From a virus (taxonomy: Duplodnaviria; Heunggongvirae; Uroviricota; Caudoviricetes): a stretch of 19,155 nucleotides of DNA. The stretch lies in IMG/VR virus record IMGVR_UViG_3300009856_000010, positions 64,001 through 83,155 of that record. The stretch is one strand, 5' to 3'. The notes under the pieces were generated by a model. The model searched no databases and was not told the origin of the DNA. It worked only from the letters and a program-made list of their open reading frames with translations. Position numbers and translations under genes: made by a program. This document shows, in pieces, positions 8,396 to 15,239 of the stretch (the first letter of the stretch is position 1; the number at the start of each line of letters is the position of its first letter).

Positions 8396-9199
8396 TTATG
8401 AATTTAATGGTTCTGGTGATGTTGCTAAAAACTCTTCGACAAAAGCCATGTAGTCTTTGGCTCCGTTGGATGTAGGCGCGTATGAGAGTATATTTCCATC
8501 GTATTCTTGCGACTCAACAATTTTATTATTCCTACGTATACGCGTATTAAATATATCAAAACTCTCATTTAGATCTTTAGAGTATACTTTAGCAGTACTC
8601 AATCGTTCGTCTACCATTACGAGAAGAAAACCACGAATGGTTAACTCTTTGTTAATGGTCTTTTTTACCTCAAGGAACTTAGCGGTTACATTAGCTAATC
8701 CGCGAACGGCAAATGATTCGAGTTGAATAGGTATGAGCAGGCCGGATGCTACACTCATTGCGTTGAGTGTAATAGACCCCATGCTTGGAGGGCAGTCTAT
8801 AATGATGTAATCGAAGTCATGAACGGTGTTCAGCGGTTCATCATAATGCTTATCTATTGGTTCATCGAATACAAAACAAAGTACCTGATTGGGCGACATT
8901 TGTTGACTAAGATAAGGTTCAATTCCGTTTATTTGTTCCGAACTTGGTGTGTAATAAATGCCTGTCTCGGATTTGTAAACTGGTAGTCCTTTTACGTCTT
9001 TCAACGCATCGAATAGCGTGCGACCTTTGTTTTCCAGTTGATGCCACCCGTTGCAAAACGAAGCGTAACGCTGCGAGTCAGCATCAATAATCAATACTTT
9101 AAATCCTTTGATTGTTAAGCCCATGGCAAGGTTTTGGGCTGTGGTGGTTTTGCCTACACCACCTTTATCGTTGGTTACGGCAATGATTTCTTTCAACAT
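8396..9199 (-). CDS. parA: ParA family partition ATPase (type Ib, no N-terminal HTH)
   Basis: Deviant Walker A (NDKGGVGKTTT), VLIIDADSQ, Walker B (DYIIIDCPPS), IPIQLESFAVRGL, TRIRRNNKIVESQ. Confidence 0.95.
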   Translation of the reverse strand: MLKEIIAVTNDKGGVGKTTTAQNLAMGLTIKGFKVLIIDADSQRYASFCNGWHQLENKGRTLFDALKDVKGLPVYKSETGIYYTPSSEQINGIEPYLSQQMSPNQVLCFVFDEPIDKHYDEPLNTVHDFDYIIIDCPPSMGSITLNAMSVASGLLIPIQLESFAVRGLANVTAKFLEVKKTINKELTIRGFLLVMVDERLSTAKVYSKDLNESFDIFNTRIRRNNKIVESQEYDGNILSYAPTSNGAKDYMAFVEEFLATSPEPLNS

Positions 9200-9229
9200 A
9201 CTTTAATGATTTTAGTCCTTTTACGGAGG

Positions 9230-9259
9230 CAAAGATATACAATAGTGTGAAACTACAAA
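9230..9259 (-). promoter_or_regulatory. parA operon promoter
   Basis: TATCTTTG (-7; 9237-9230) and TTTG (-33; 9259-9256) with an 18-bp spacer, 30 bp before the ATG. Confidence 0.7.
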
Positions 9260-9536
9260 AGAATTTTAGTTTAAAAGTATAATTAAACGAATGTGTTTTT
9301 AAACATAAGTATGTTTGTATTTTAGTTTGAATGTATTAAAGTGTATATACACCTTAGTTCAATTATACTTATGTTTATATGTGACTATGTGTAAAAGTAT
9401 GAAAGTGTATTAGTGCAAATAAACTAAAGTGTATAAGGTTAAATGTGTATTTGTATTGAAGTAGTAATGTGCAAACGTTTGAAAGTTGTTTAGTCCAAAT
9501 GTATAAACGTACATAAGTATTAAAATACAGTAGTAT
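9233..9536. repeat. 8-bp-periodic array, candidate type Ib centromere/operator
   Basis: In a fixed 8-bp register, 36 of 38 consecutive units are a 4-bp AT-rich spacer plus a GTnn box (mostly GTAT/GTGT/GTTT) or the inverted nnAC box. Overlaps the parA promoter. Confidence 0.8.
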
Positions 9537-9575
9537 AAAAAAACTCCTATCGGAACGCTATCCGGCAGGAGTTTT
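9537..9575 (-). terminator. Intrinsic terminator
   Basis: AAAACTCCT / AGGAGTTTT stem with inner CGGA/TCCG pairing, followed by U7 on the minus strand. Confidence 0.8.
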
Positions 9576-9622
9576 CTGTTTCCTAATTGAAGCATGTCAA
9601 GTGTAAAAGGACTATGCAGAAA
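9537..9622 (-). ncRNA. Candidate ~85-nt small RNA
   Basis: Lies between a perfect sigma-A promoter (9628-9658) and an intrinsic terminator (9537-9575). The 5' UUUCUG can pair with CAGAAA. The 5' end is estimated, not observed. Confidence 0.55.
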
Positions 9623-9627
9623 CATAG

Positions 9628-9658
9628 CAAAGATAACACTTTTCGGAAGACTACCAAA
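9628..9658 (-). promoter_or_regulatory. Bacteroidetes sigma-A promoter
   Basis: TTTG (9658-9655), 19-bp spacer, TATCTTTG (9635-9628): exact consensus. Confidence 0.8.
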
Positions 9659-9664
9659 ATAGTA

Positions 9665-9782
9665 AAAAAAACGGCACGGTGCGGTACAGAAAAATGCCAC
9701 CGTGAGGTTTAGGAAAATGGCACGGTGCGAGATTTGAAAGCCTCACGGTGAGGTTTTTCGATGTCGCACCGTGCCATTTTTT
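9665..9782. repeat. Five pseudo-palindromic CAC(C/G)GTG sites at exact 23-bp spacing
   Basis: Centres at 9678, 9701, 9724, 9747, 9770. AAAATGGCACGGTGCGA (9714-9730) and TCGCACCGTGCCATTTT (9764-9780) are a perfect 17-bp inverted pair around site 4. Confidence 0.85.
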
Positions 9783-9878
9783 CACCCCGTTTCTGGGCGT
9801 TCTGGCGGGGGTAAAAGTAGGGTGGGGGAGTGGAAAATCTGTGATTTTATAGAAGTTTTATAGAGAAAAACTTACAAA

Positions 9879-10187
9879 TCACCATTCGTCGTCATCTTCT
9901 TCAATTTTCTCCATATCTTCTTCAAGTATTCGCTCTTCAATGGCAAGGAAATTCCATCCTTCAGTGAGAATTTTCTCTTGTTCCTTGGAACTTGGTTTTT
10001 CTCCGTCTATCCATTGTATTTCGGCGATGGTAGATATCCATTGATCGTAAGATACAAAATAACTGTCACCTACATCGTAGAATATCGCTACGCGTGGATA
10101 AGATAATTTTATCAGAACTTCACGGCCTGTATAGTGTTGGCGATTCTCGCCTAACCACCAATGTTTATGTGTTTCAATTGGAATCAT
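9879..10187 (-). CDS. Hypothetical protein with acidic tail (102 aa)
   Basis: Flanked by 26-bp motifs; C-terminus EEDMEKIEEDDDEW. Confidence 0.7.
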   Translation of the reverse strand: MIPIETHKHWWLGENRQHYTGREVLIKLSYPRVAIFYDVGDSYFVSYDQWISTIAEIQWIDGEKPSSKEQEKILTEGWNFLAIEERILEEDMEKIEEDDDEW

Positions 10188-10281
10188 TCAATATAAATAT
10201 ATTAGTTATTGCAAAACAGTGATCTTTGAAATTCGCCATAGGCTGTGATTTTTCAGAATCCCCATAGGGCAGGGTAGGGGG

Positions 10282-10644
10282 TTAGTCCTTATCGGCATAT
10301 CGATTGCGATCTCCTTCGGACATGGTGCTTACCCGGAACTCTGCCATTTCCTGAAGCGTGGTGCGTAGTAGTTCCTCCCAATTATCTATGCGTTGCTCAT
10401 AAATATTTTTGAGTCCGCACATAGGCACTACATACACACGATACCCGTTTGCCTTGGCAAAGTATCTGTCGGACTGGCTGTATTTGGATAGGAATTCACG
10501 GCGATCCTGCTCGCGGCTTGCGTTCGGTCCGAAAATGAATACAACGCCGACTATTTGCGGTCCACGGGTTTGAACGATGAGCTGGGCACCGTTGGCGACA
10601 TCGGGATGATTGGCGAAAATATAATCTGGAGCAATGGCTTTCAT
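10282..10644 (-). CDS. Hypothetical protein (120 aa; start revised from 10746)
   Basis: The ORF-track start overlaps the upstream gene and crosses the repeat. ATG 10644 (MKAIAPDY) has an A-rich Bacteroidetes start context. Confidence 0.7.
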   Translation of the reverse strand: MKAIAPDYIFANHPDVANGAQLIVQTRGPQIVGVVFIFGPNASREQDRREFLSKYSQSDRYFAKANGYRVYVVPMCGLKNIYEQRIDNWEELLRTTLQEMAEFRVSTMSEGDRNRYADKD

Positions 10645-10723
10645 TGTTTTTCTGATTTTAAAACGGGTTAAAGATAATGCTATTTTTTCAAAATCTGTGA
10701 TATTTGAGAATCTCCATAGGAGG

Positions 10724-12187
10724 TTATTTCCTCTTTTTATTGACATTCTCCGGTATTCGCCATCCTTTGATGCGGGCTACCTGCTGATTAAACAATGCCC
10801 AAAGATCTTCGTCCCGAAACTCAAAGTGCATGGTACCTTTCTTGTATCCGCGAATACGGAAAAATTCCCAGTCATACCATTTTCCCCACTCCATCGGAAT
10901 GCCTTTAAATTTGAATTGGCCATTATCTTCCTTTTCGCCTAACGTATTGTAAGTAAATGAATTCAGGTTTTGCAGTGAATTATAGTCTTTACCTGTAAGA
11001 TTACAGAGTGCTTTAATAATATCTTCTACATCTTTTGCGTTCCGTGAATCGGTTGATATCCTTACCGTTTCTCTTTTTGTGCCATAAAAATCGCTTTCGC
11101 AAATCCAGGGAATAATAAACCGGCGGTTTACCATATAATCAGAATTTGTTTTCCAATATTCCCCACCGGTACAATTATCTTTCCATGCAAATCCGCAAAT
11201 CAAATCAAAGGCTTCTAACAAAACTTTTCCCATGCGTTCGGAATGTGTGCCTACTATGGTTTTAATCATTATATGTATGTTCTTTACGGTAAATGGTACA
11301 TGTGTTTGTTTCTCTACAAATTCATTTATCTTCTCTTTAACGCCGCGAGTAATGTACTTATCCATTTTCATATCTGAAAAAACTTTCATCCAGGCACTTT
11401 TTTGAAGTTCCTTTTTGAATTCATCCCGGGAAATCTCGGTTTGATACATGCGGTCACCTGTGCGAAATGCACCAAACTTAATCCCATATTTGGAAATGGG
11501 ATCGATTAACGCGTTTAGTTCATTGGAGAGTGGTACAACCTTATCCCACATCTTTACGGCACCCACGTAACGGCTTACAATATCGCGAACGTAATTGTAG
11601 CGAACAATGCTCTCCTGTTCGTAGGCGATTTCTTCATCGTAAGAAAAGTAGTCGGCAAATTCTTCATCGTTGGCCGTGGGTTTGTTCAGGTAGATACAGG
11701 AAACTTCTACAGAGGTTCTGCGTTCTGCATCTTCAAAGCACGGACCAAAATCTAAAGCCCGTCCATATTGGCCAATGAGTGCGCCTATTTCTTGCTGTTT
11801 TTTGGTAGATGCATTCAGTATAATAGATGAATTGCATAAGGATATGATTTGACAACCTGCCGGAGCAATCGCCCAGGCGTGTAGTATATGCGTTTCGTCG
11901 GCCGAGAATGGCGGGTTCATTACAATCATATCGATATGCGATACTTCTACGGATGTCAATGTAAGGAAGTCGTTTGCAATGAGCCGGCATTTGCCGGACA
12001 GGATGCGCGAGAGGTCTTCGTTAATCTCGCAGGCAATAACTTGTTTTGCTCCATTGGCGTTTAGATAGTCTACTATATTGCCTTTGCCGGCAGATGGTTC
12101 GAGTATGGTTTTTCCTGTAATGTCGATGCCTAAAAGCATTTCGGAAATTACATCAGATGGGGTAGGGTAGAAGTCTTTGTTAAACAT
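10724..12187 (-). CDS. Class I SAM-dependent DNA methyltransferase with DUF4942-type C-terminus (start revised from 12232)
   Basis: FYPTP, motif I ILEPSAGKGNI, motif IV MNPPF (amino-methyltransferase) and C-terminal GYKKGTMHFEF. No restriction nuclease nearby, so orphan. Confidence 0.85.
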   Translation of the reverse strand: MFNKDFYPTPSDVISEMLLGIDITGKTILEPSAGKGNIVDYLNANGAKQVIACEINEDLSRILSGKCRLIANDFLTLTSVEVSHIDMIVMNPPFSADETHILHAWAIAPAGCQIISLCNSSIILNASTKKQQEIGALIGQYGRALDFGPCFEDAERRTSVEVSCIYLNKPTANDEEFADYFSYDEEIAYEQESIVRYNYVRDIVSRYVGAVKMWDKVVPLSNELNALIDPISKYGIKFGAFRTGDRMYQTEISRDEFKKELQKSAWMKVFSDMKMDKYITRGVKEKINEFVEKQTHVPFTVKNIHIMIKTIVGTHSERMGKVLLEAFDLICGFAWKDNCTGGEYWKTNSDYMVNRRFIIPWICESDFYGTKRETVRISTDSRNAKDVEDIIKALCNLTGKDYNSLQNLNSFTYNTLGEKEDNGQFKFKGIPMEWGKWYDWEFFRIRGYKKGTMHFEFRDEDLWALFNQQVARIKGWRIPENVNKKRK

Positions 12188-12241
12188 AATAGGATGGGGT
12201 TTTAAAAAACTGTGATATTTGAGAATCTCCATAGGGAAGAG

Positions 12242-12874
12242 TTAAGCCATAACGCTATGAACGCCTGCCATTTGCAAAAAGTCTGTTTCGGTTATAACCT
12301 GTGTACCCATATCCCGAGCGCGTTGCAGCTTTGCTGTTCCGATAACGTCCGACCCGGCAATTAAAAATTGTACGGTGCTGCTAACATCGCGTATAAACTT
12401 GCCGCCGTTCTTCTTTATAAAGAACTCAAATTGTTTGCGCCCCTTGCTCAGTGTACCAGTGATACAGAATGTTTTTCCATTCAGCGGATTACCCGCCGTA
12501 GAAATATGCGCGGGGATTTCTGCCGGAGCTTCCGGCTTTTTCTTTTCCTGGCGTAGTGGGGTAGGGGTTGCATCCTGAATAAGTGTTATGCGTGTTTCGG
12601 TGATCTGCAAAAAATATTCCTCGCTAATAATAGGTATATTGAGCTCTTCTGCCTTACATACCTTTGCGGTTCCGGCGCCTTGTACGGCATCTTCGCCGGC
12701 TATCAGGCAATCTACAGAATCATTGATACGGTTGATTACTTCGCCGCCCAAGGCGGTAATGTATTCGGCAAAGTATTTGCGTTCGTGGCTAAGGGTTCCG
12801 GTGATACAGAATACGCGGTCTTTTATAATTTCGGTTGCGTGAGTTTGGTTTGAAGGGGTAAATATAGGTTTCAT
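12242..12874 (-). CDS. Stand-alone tandem BRCT protein (LigA-type BRCT x2)
   Basis: Two repeats: FCITGTLS..RK......GG......DCLIAG..AK..KA..LNIPIISEEYF and GKTFCITGTLS..RK..IKKNGGK....SSTVQFLIAG..AKLQRA...GTQVITETDF, joined by a P/E/K linker. No ligase catalytic domain. Confidence 0.85.
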   Translation of the reverse strand: MKPIFTPSNQTHATEIIKDRVFCITGTLSHERKYFAEYITALGGEVINRINDSVDCLIAGEDAVQGAGTAKVCKAEELNIPIISEEYFLQITETRITLIQDATPTPLRQEKKKPEAPAEIPAHISTAGNPLNGKTFCITGTLSKGRKQFEFFIKKNGGKFIRDVSSTVQFLIAGSDVIGTAKLQRARDMGTQVITETDFLQMAGVHSVMA

Positions 12875-12977
12875 AAGGATGTAGTTTTAATTGCTGGGGA
12901 TCCGCACGGCCGGGTTCGTAAAAGCTGTGATTTTTGAGAGTTGGCATAGGGACTATGTAGCCCCGAATGGATGTTTG

Positions 12978-13349
12978 TTAATACTCTATATAATAGATTT
13001 CTTTACCATTTGACAAATCTATTGTATAATTGCGGGTATTTGGATAAAATTTCAAACCTGATGGCTCGTGTGCGAAAATATCAGGAAAAGAATAGACTTG
13101 TACCCAATCAGTCCAAAGGCCGTTTTCTTGTTTGGTTCTTTTGTATATTTTCTTAACATCTTCATATCTGCAATCATAGATACGGTTATCTATGCAATAC
13201 TCGTCTAATTTGAATATGTTACCCCTAAATACGATTTGACTATCTTTTAATAAATCATATTTACCTGATGTTATTTGAATCTGATAAGCAGTAGCTTTTA
13301 TGTGAGATTCAACTTCTTTCACTTTATTATAAATATCTTGCTTTTTCAT
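12978..13349 (-). CDS. Hypothetical protein (123 aa; start revised from 13394)
   Basis: The upstream ATG lies inside the 26-bp repeat; ATG 13349 (MKKQDIY) has the better start context. Confidence 0.65.
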   Translation of the reverse strand: MKKQDIYNKVKEVESHIKATAYQIQITSGKYDLLKDSQIVFRGNIFKLDEYCIDNRIYDCRYEDVKKIYKRTKQENGLWTDWVQVYSFPDIFAHEPSGLKFYPNTRNYTIDLSNGKEIYYIEY

Positions 13350-13405
13350 AATTCTATTCTTTATCAAATTTCCGTGATTTTTGAGAACTCCCATAGGCAG
13401 CGGTA

Positions 13406-14686
13406 TTACACCGCTACGCTATTCAATAGATTAATTAACTCGCTTTCTTTTCGCTTGGAGAATATCCAGCCGGCGCGTTTGCTTCCTCCATCATTCAACC
13501 CGGGATTGAACCGGCCGCCTAACTCCTTTAATCTGTCTTTAATAGCTCGGGTATTTCCAAACAGGGCTACGGCCTTTTCTGAATAATCCACCAAAGAAAA
13601 GGAAGAAGGAACCGCCGGGGTTTCCGGATCCTGTGATTTTTCAGAATCTCCATAGGCGGGAGCTTCTTCAGGGGTTTCGCTGGCGGGTTGCTGCTTGCGT
13701 TCCCATTCCTTTTGCGCTGCATCAGCGGCGCGGTCCTCTTCTACTAATGCCTTTTCGATTTCGGGAGTGTAACCAACAAATTCTATACTATAATATTTGT
13801 TTCCGATAATACGGGTAATGATTCCGGCTTCGGTCAATTTATTTGCGCGCTTGTTAGCTTGTGCGTAACTGGAGTAATCAAGCGTATAGAATGTTTTTTC
13901 GCTGTAATATTTATCAACCCCAAGAAGTACACGCATGCCGTTCTTTCGTTCTATTGGTGCAAAATATGCGGTACCTAATGCTTTTCTTATTGCTTTATGT
14001 GCTGGGCCTTCCGGACGTTTAAATTCTGGAGAAACTTTCCCGCCTGTACGTCTGGATTTTGGTACCTCTATGCGATAAGGATGATCACCGTTTCCGGCTT
14101 CCAGGCTGAAATAAAAGTTTGTATCAAAATAATCTGTCATAGCATCACTATTATCATATCTATATGAATTAACATAATCAGCAATATTGTTGAATACTTC
14201 TTTGGCCCTATCAGTCAGATTTTTATTTTTGTCTATGTGATAAACATTGATGCAGTCACTTGTTGCATCTGGTTTGAACATCTCAAAATCAGCAATTAAT
14301 ATGGATACATAGATAGAACTATAATGATGCAACCGTACAGAAAACTTATAATCTGGATATGTTTCTTTTAACCATTTACGAATATTAGCGGTTATTTCCT
14401 TATTGTCTTGTCCATTATAGCGGCTACCTTTCCAGCGGTACTCATTGTAAACGTGTTCAGTATATTCCTGGGCGGTGGCTTCGTTGTAGTCGTTTTCATA
14501 ACCGGTGTACATTGTTTCAGTTGCCGCCGGTTTGGACTTCCAAACGTTATACAACTTTTCAAACTCAGCATTAATACGCTGCATGCTTTCGGTGTTTCCG
14601 CCTCTGTCAGGATGATTAGCAAGAGTTAACGCTCTATATTGTTTCTTTAAATCTGAAAGGCTGGTGATGTGATTAAAATAATTCAT
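13406..14686 (-). CDS. J-domain / LPD29-like multidomain protein
   Basis: N-terminal DLKKQYRALTLANHPDRGGNTESMQRINAEF (DnaJ HPD motif). Central IRKWLKETYPDYKFSV...YVNSYRYDNSDAMTDYFDTNFY (large polyvalent protein domain LPD29-like). C-terminal YSEKAVALFGNTRAIKDRLKELGGRFN..GWIF module. Confidence 0.8.
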   Translation of the reverse strand: MNYFNHITSLSDLKKQYRALTLANHPDRGGNTESMQRINAEFEKLYNVWKSKPAATETMYTGYENDYNEATAQEYTEHVYNEYRWKGSRYNGQDNKEITANIRKWLKETYPDYKFSVRLHHYSSIYVSILIADFEMFKPDATSDCINVYHIDKNKNLTDRAKEVFNNIADYVNSYRYDNSDAMTDYFDTNFYFSLEAGNGDHPYRIEVPKSRRTGGKVSPEFKRPEGPAHKAIRKALGTAYFAPIERKNGMRVLLGVDKYYSEKTFYTLDYSSYAQANKRANKLTEAGIITRIIGNKYYSIEFVGYTPEIEKALVEEDRAADAAQKEWERKQQPASETPEEAPAYGDSEKSQDPETPAVPSSFSLVDYSEKAVALFGNTRAIKDRLKELGGRFNPGLNDGGSKRAGWIFSKRKESELINLLNSVAV

Positions 14687-14768
14687 GATGTATTTTGTTT
14701 GAGTTGCCGGGGATCCGCCCGGCCGGGTTCGTTATATTATAATCTGAAATAAATGATAGAAATTTATA

Positions 14769-15098
14769 CTATGCCGTCTTTGCTTTATAGTATTCATCTT
14801 CCAGGATATCACCGGCTATTATCCAAACAAATCGTACTAAGTTTGTGTAATGATCCGAGCAATCCCAATCGCAATAATCAGATAAGCAACTGGCTAAGCT
14901 TTCCGGGCTAATGTGTTCTAATTGACTGGCTACTTCAGGAAGTTCCATTACTCGGCGGCAATCTTCTTCACAATCACCGGCATGACTACATAATAGTATT
15001 TGCTCGCCCGTTAATGTCAAATCTAACTGATAATCTAAAGACCAAGAATAATTTTGTTCCGGATTTATCGCACTTGATAATATCAATGCAGTTTTCAT
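14769..15098 (-). CDS. Hypothetical acidic, Cys-containing phage protein (109 aa)
   Basis: Operon position; CSHAGDCEEDC and DHYTNLVRFVWIIAGDI segments; function unknown. Confidence 0.65.
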   Translation of the reverse strand: MKTALILSSAINPEQNYSWSLDYQLDLTLTGEQILLCSHAGDCEEDCRRVMELPEVASQLEHISPESLASCLSDYCDWDCSDHYTNLVRFVWIIAGDILEDEYYKAKTA

Positions 15099-15129
15099 AA
15101 TGATAAGTTTTAGAATGATTAAGACTTTA

Positions 15130-15237
15130 TTAAAATTCGCTATCCTGATGGTTATTGATGAAATCTTTTAGTTTATCAGGATCCACACCGGTGGCAATAA
15201 TTACCACCGTGAGAATAATTATTAATAAGATAAACAT
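15130..15237 (-). CDS. Small single-pass membrane protein (35 aa; below the ORF-track cutoff)
   Basis: MFILLIIILTVVIIATGVDPDKLKDFINNHQDSEF*; starts 2 nt after the stop of 15240..15467 and fills the intergenic gap. Confidence 0.6.
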   Translation of the reverse strand: MFILLIIILTVVIIATGVDPDKLKDFINNHQDSEF

Positions 15238-15239
15238 AA

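Larger units (their letters stand above)
9839..13656. repeat. Dispersed co-oriented 26-bp motif CTGTGATWTTTSAGA-N5-CATAGG, 9 copies
   Basis: Copies start at 9839 (degenerate), 10217 and 10243 (tandem), 10400 (partial, in CDS), 10695, 12210, 12925, 13372, 13631 (in CDS). The 10695 and 12210 copies are identical. Confidence 0.9.

Noticed and set aside
918-8986. Plus-strand ORFs antisense to the minus-strand genes (e.g. 918..1232, 4079..4525, 4738..5220, 6098..6784, 8054..8350)
   Set aside because: Shadow frames of better-supported genes with no recognisable motifs; the same applies to similar overlaps further right.
9410-9700. 96-aa ORF
   Set aside because: Runs through the operator array, promoter, terminator and centromere; its composition is explained by those elements.
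9714-9780. 67-bp palindrome as a protelomerase telRL site
   Set aside because: Odd 1-bp centre, several internal mismatches, part of a 23-bp periodic array and no protelomerase in the window; kept only as a minor alternative.
9806-9833. G-tract cluster as a G-quadruplex
   Set aside because: Only three tracts of 3 or more G with irregular loops; no independent support.
10645-13394. Longer ORF-track starts at 10746, 12232 and 13394
   Set aside because: They overlap the upstream gene or use the ATG inside the 26-bp repeat in a C-rich context; the downstream ATGs have A-rich context. The repeat ATG being in frame for two genes is noted but is out of frame or closed in the other copies checked.
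9839-13656. 26-bp repeats as a CRISPR array
   Set aside because: Intervals range from 0 to about 1500 bp and contain whole genes; no cas genes.
15205-15213. Single CACCGTGAG matching the 23-bp array core
   Set aside because: Isolated short match inside a coding region.
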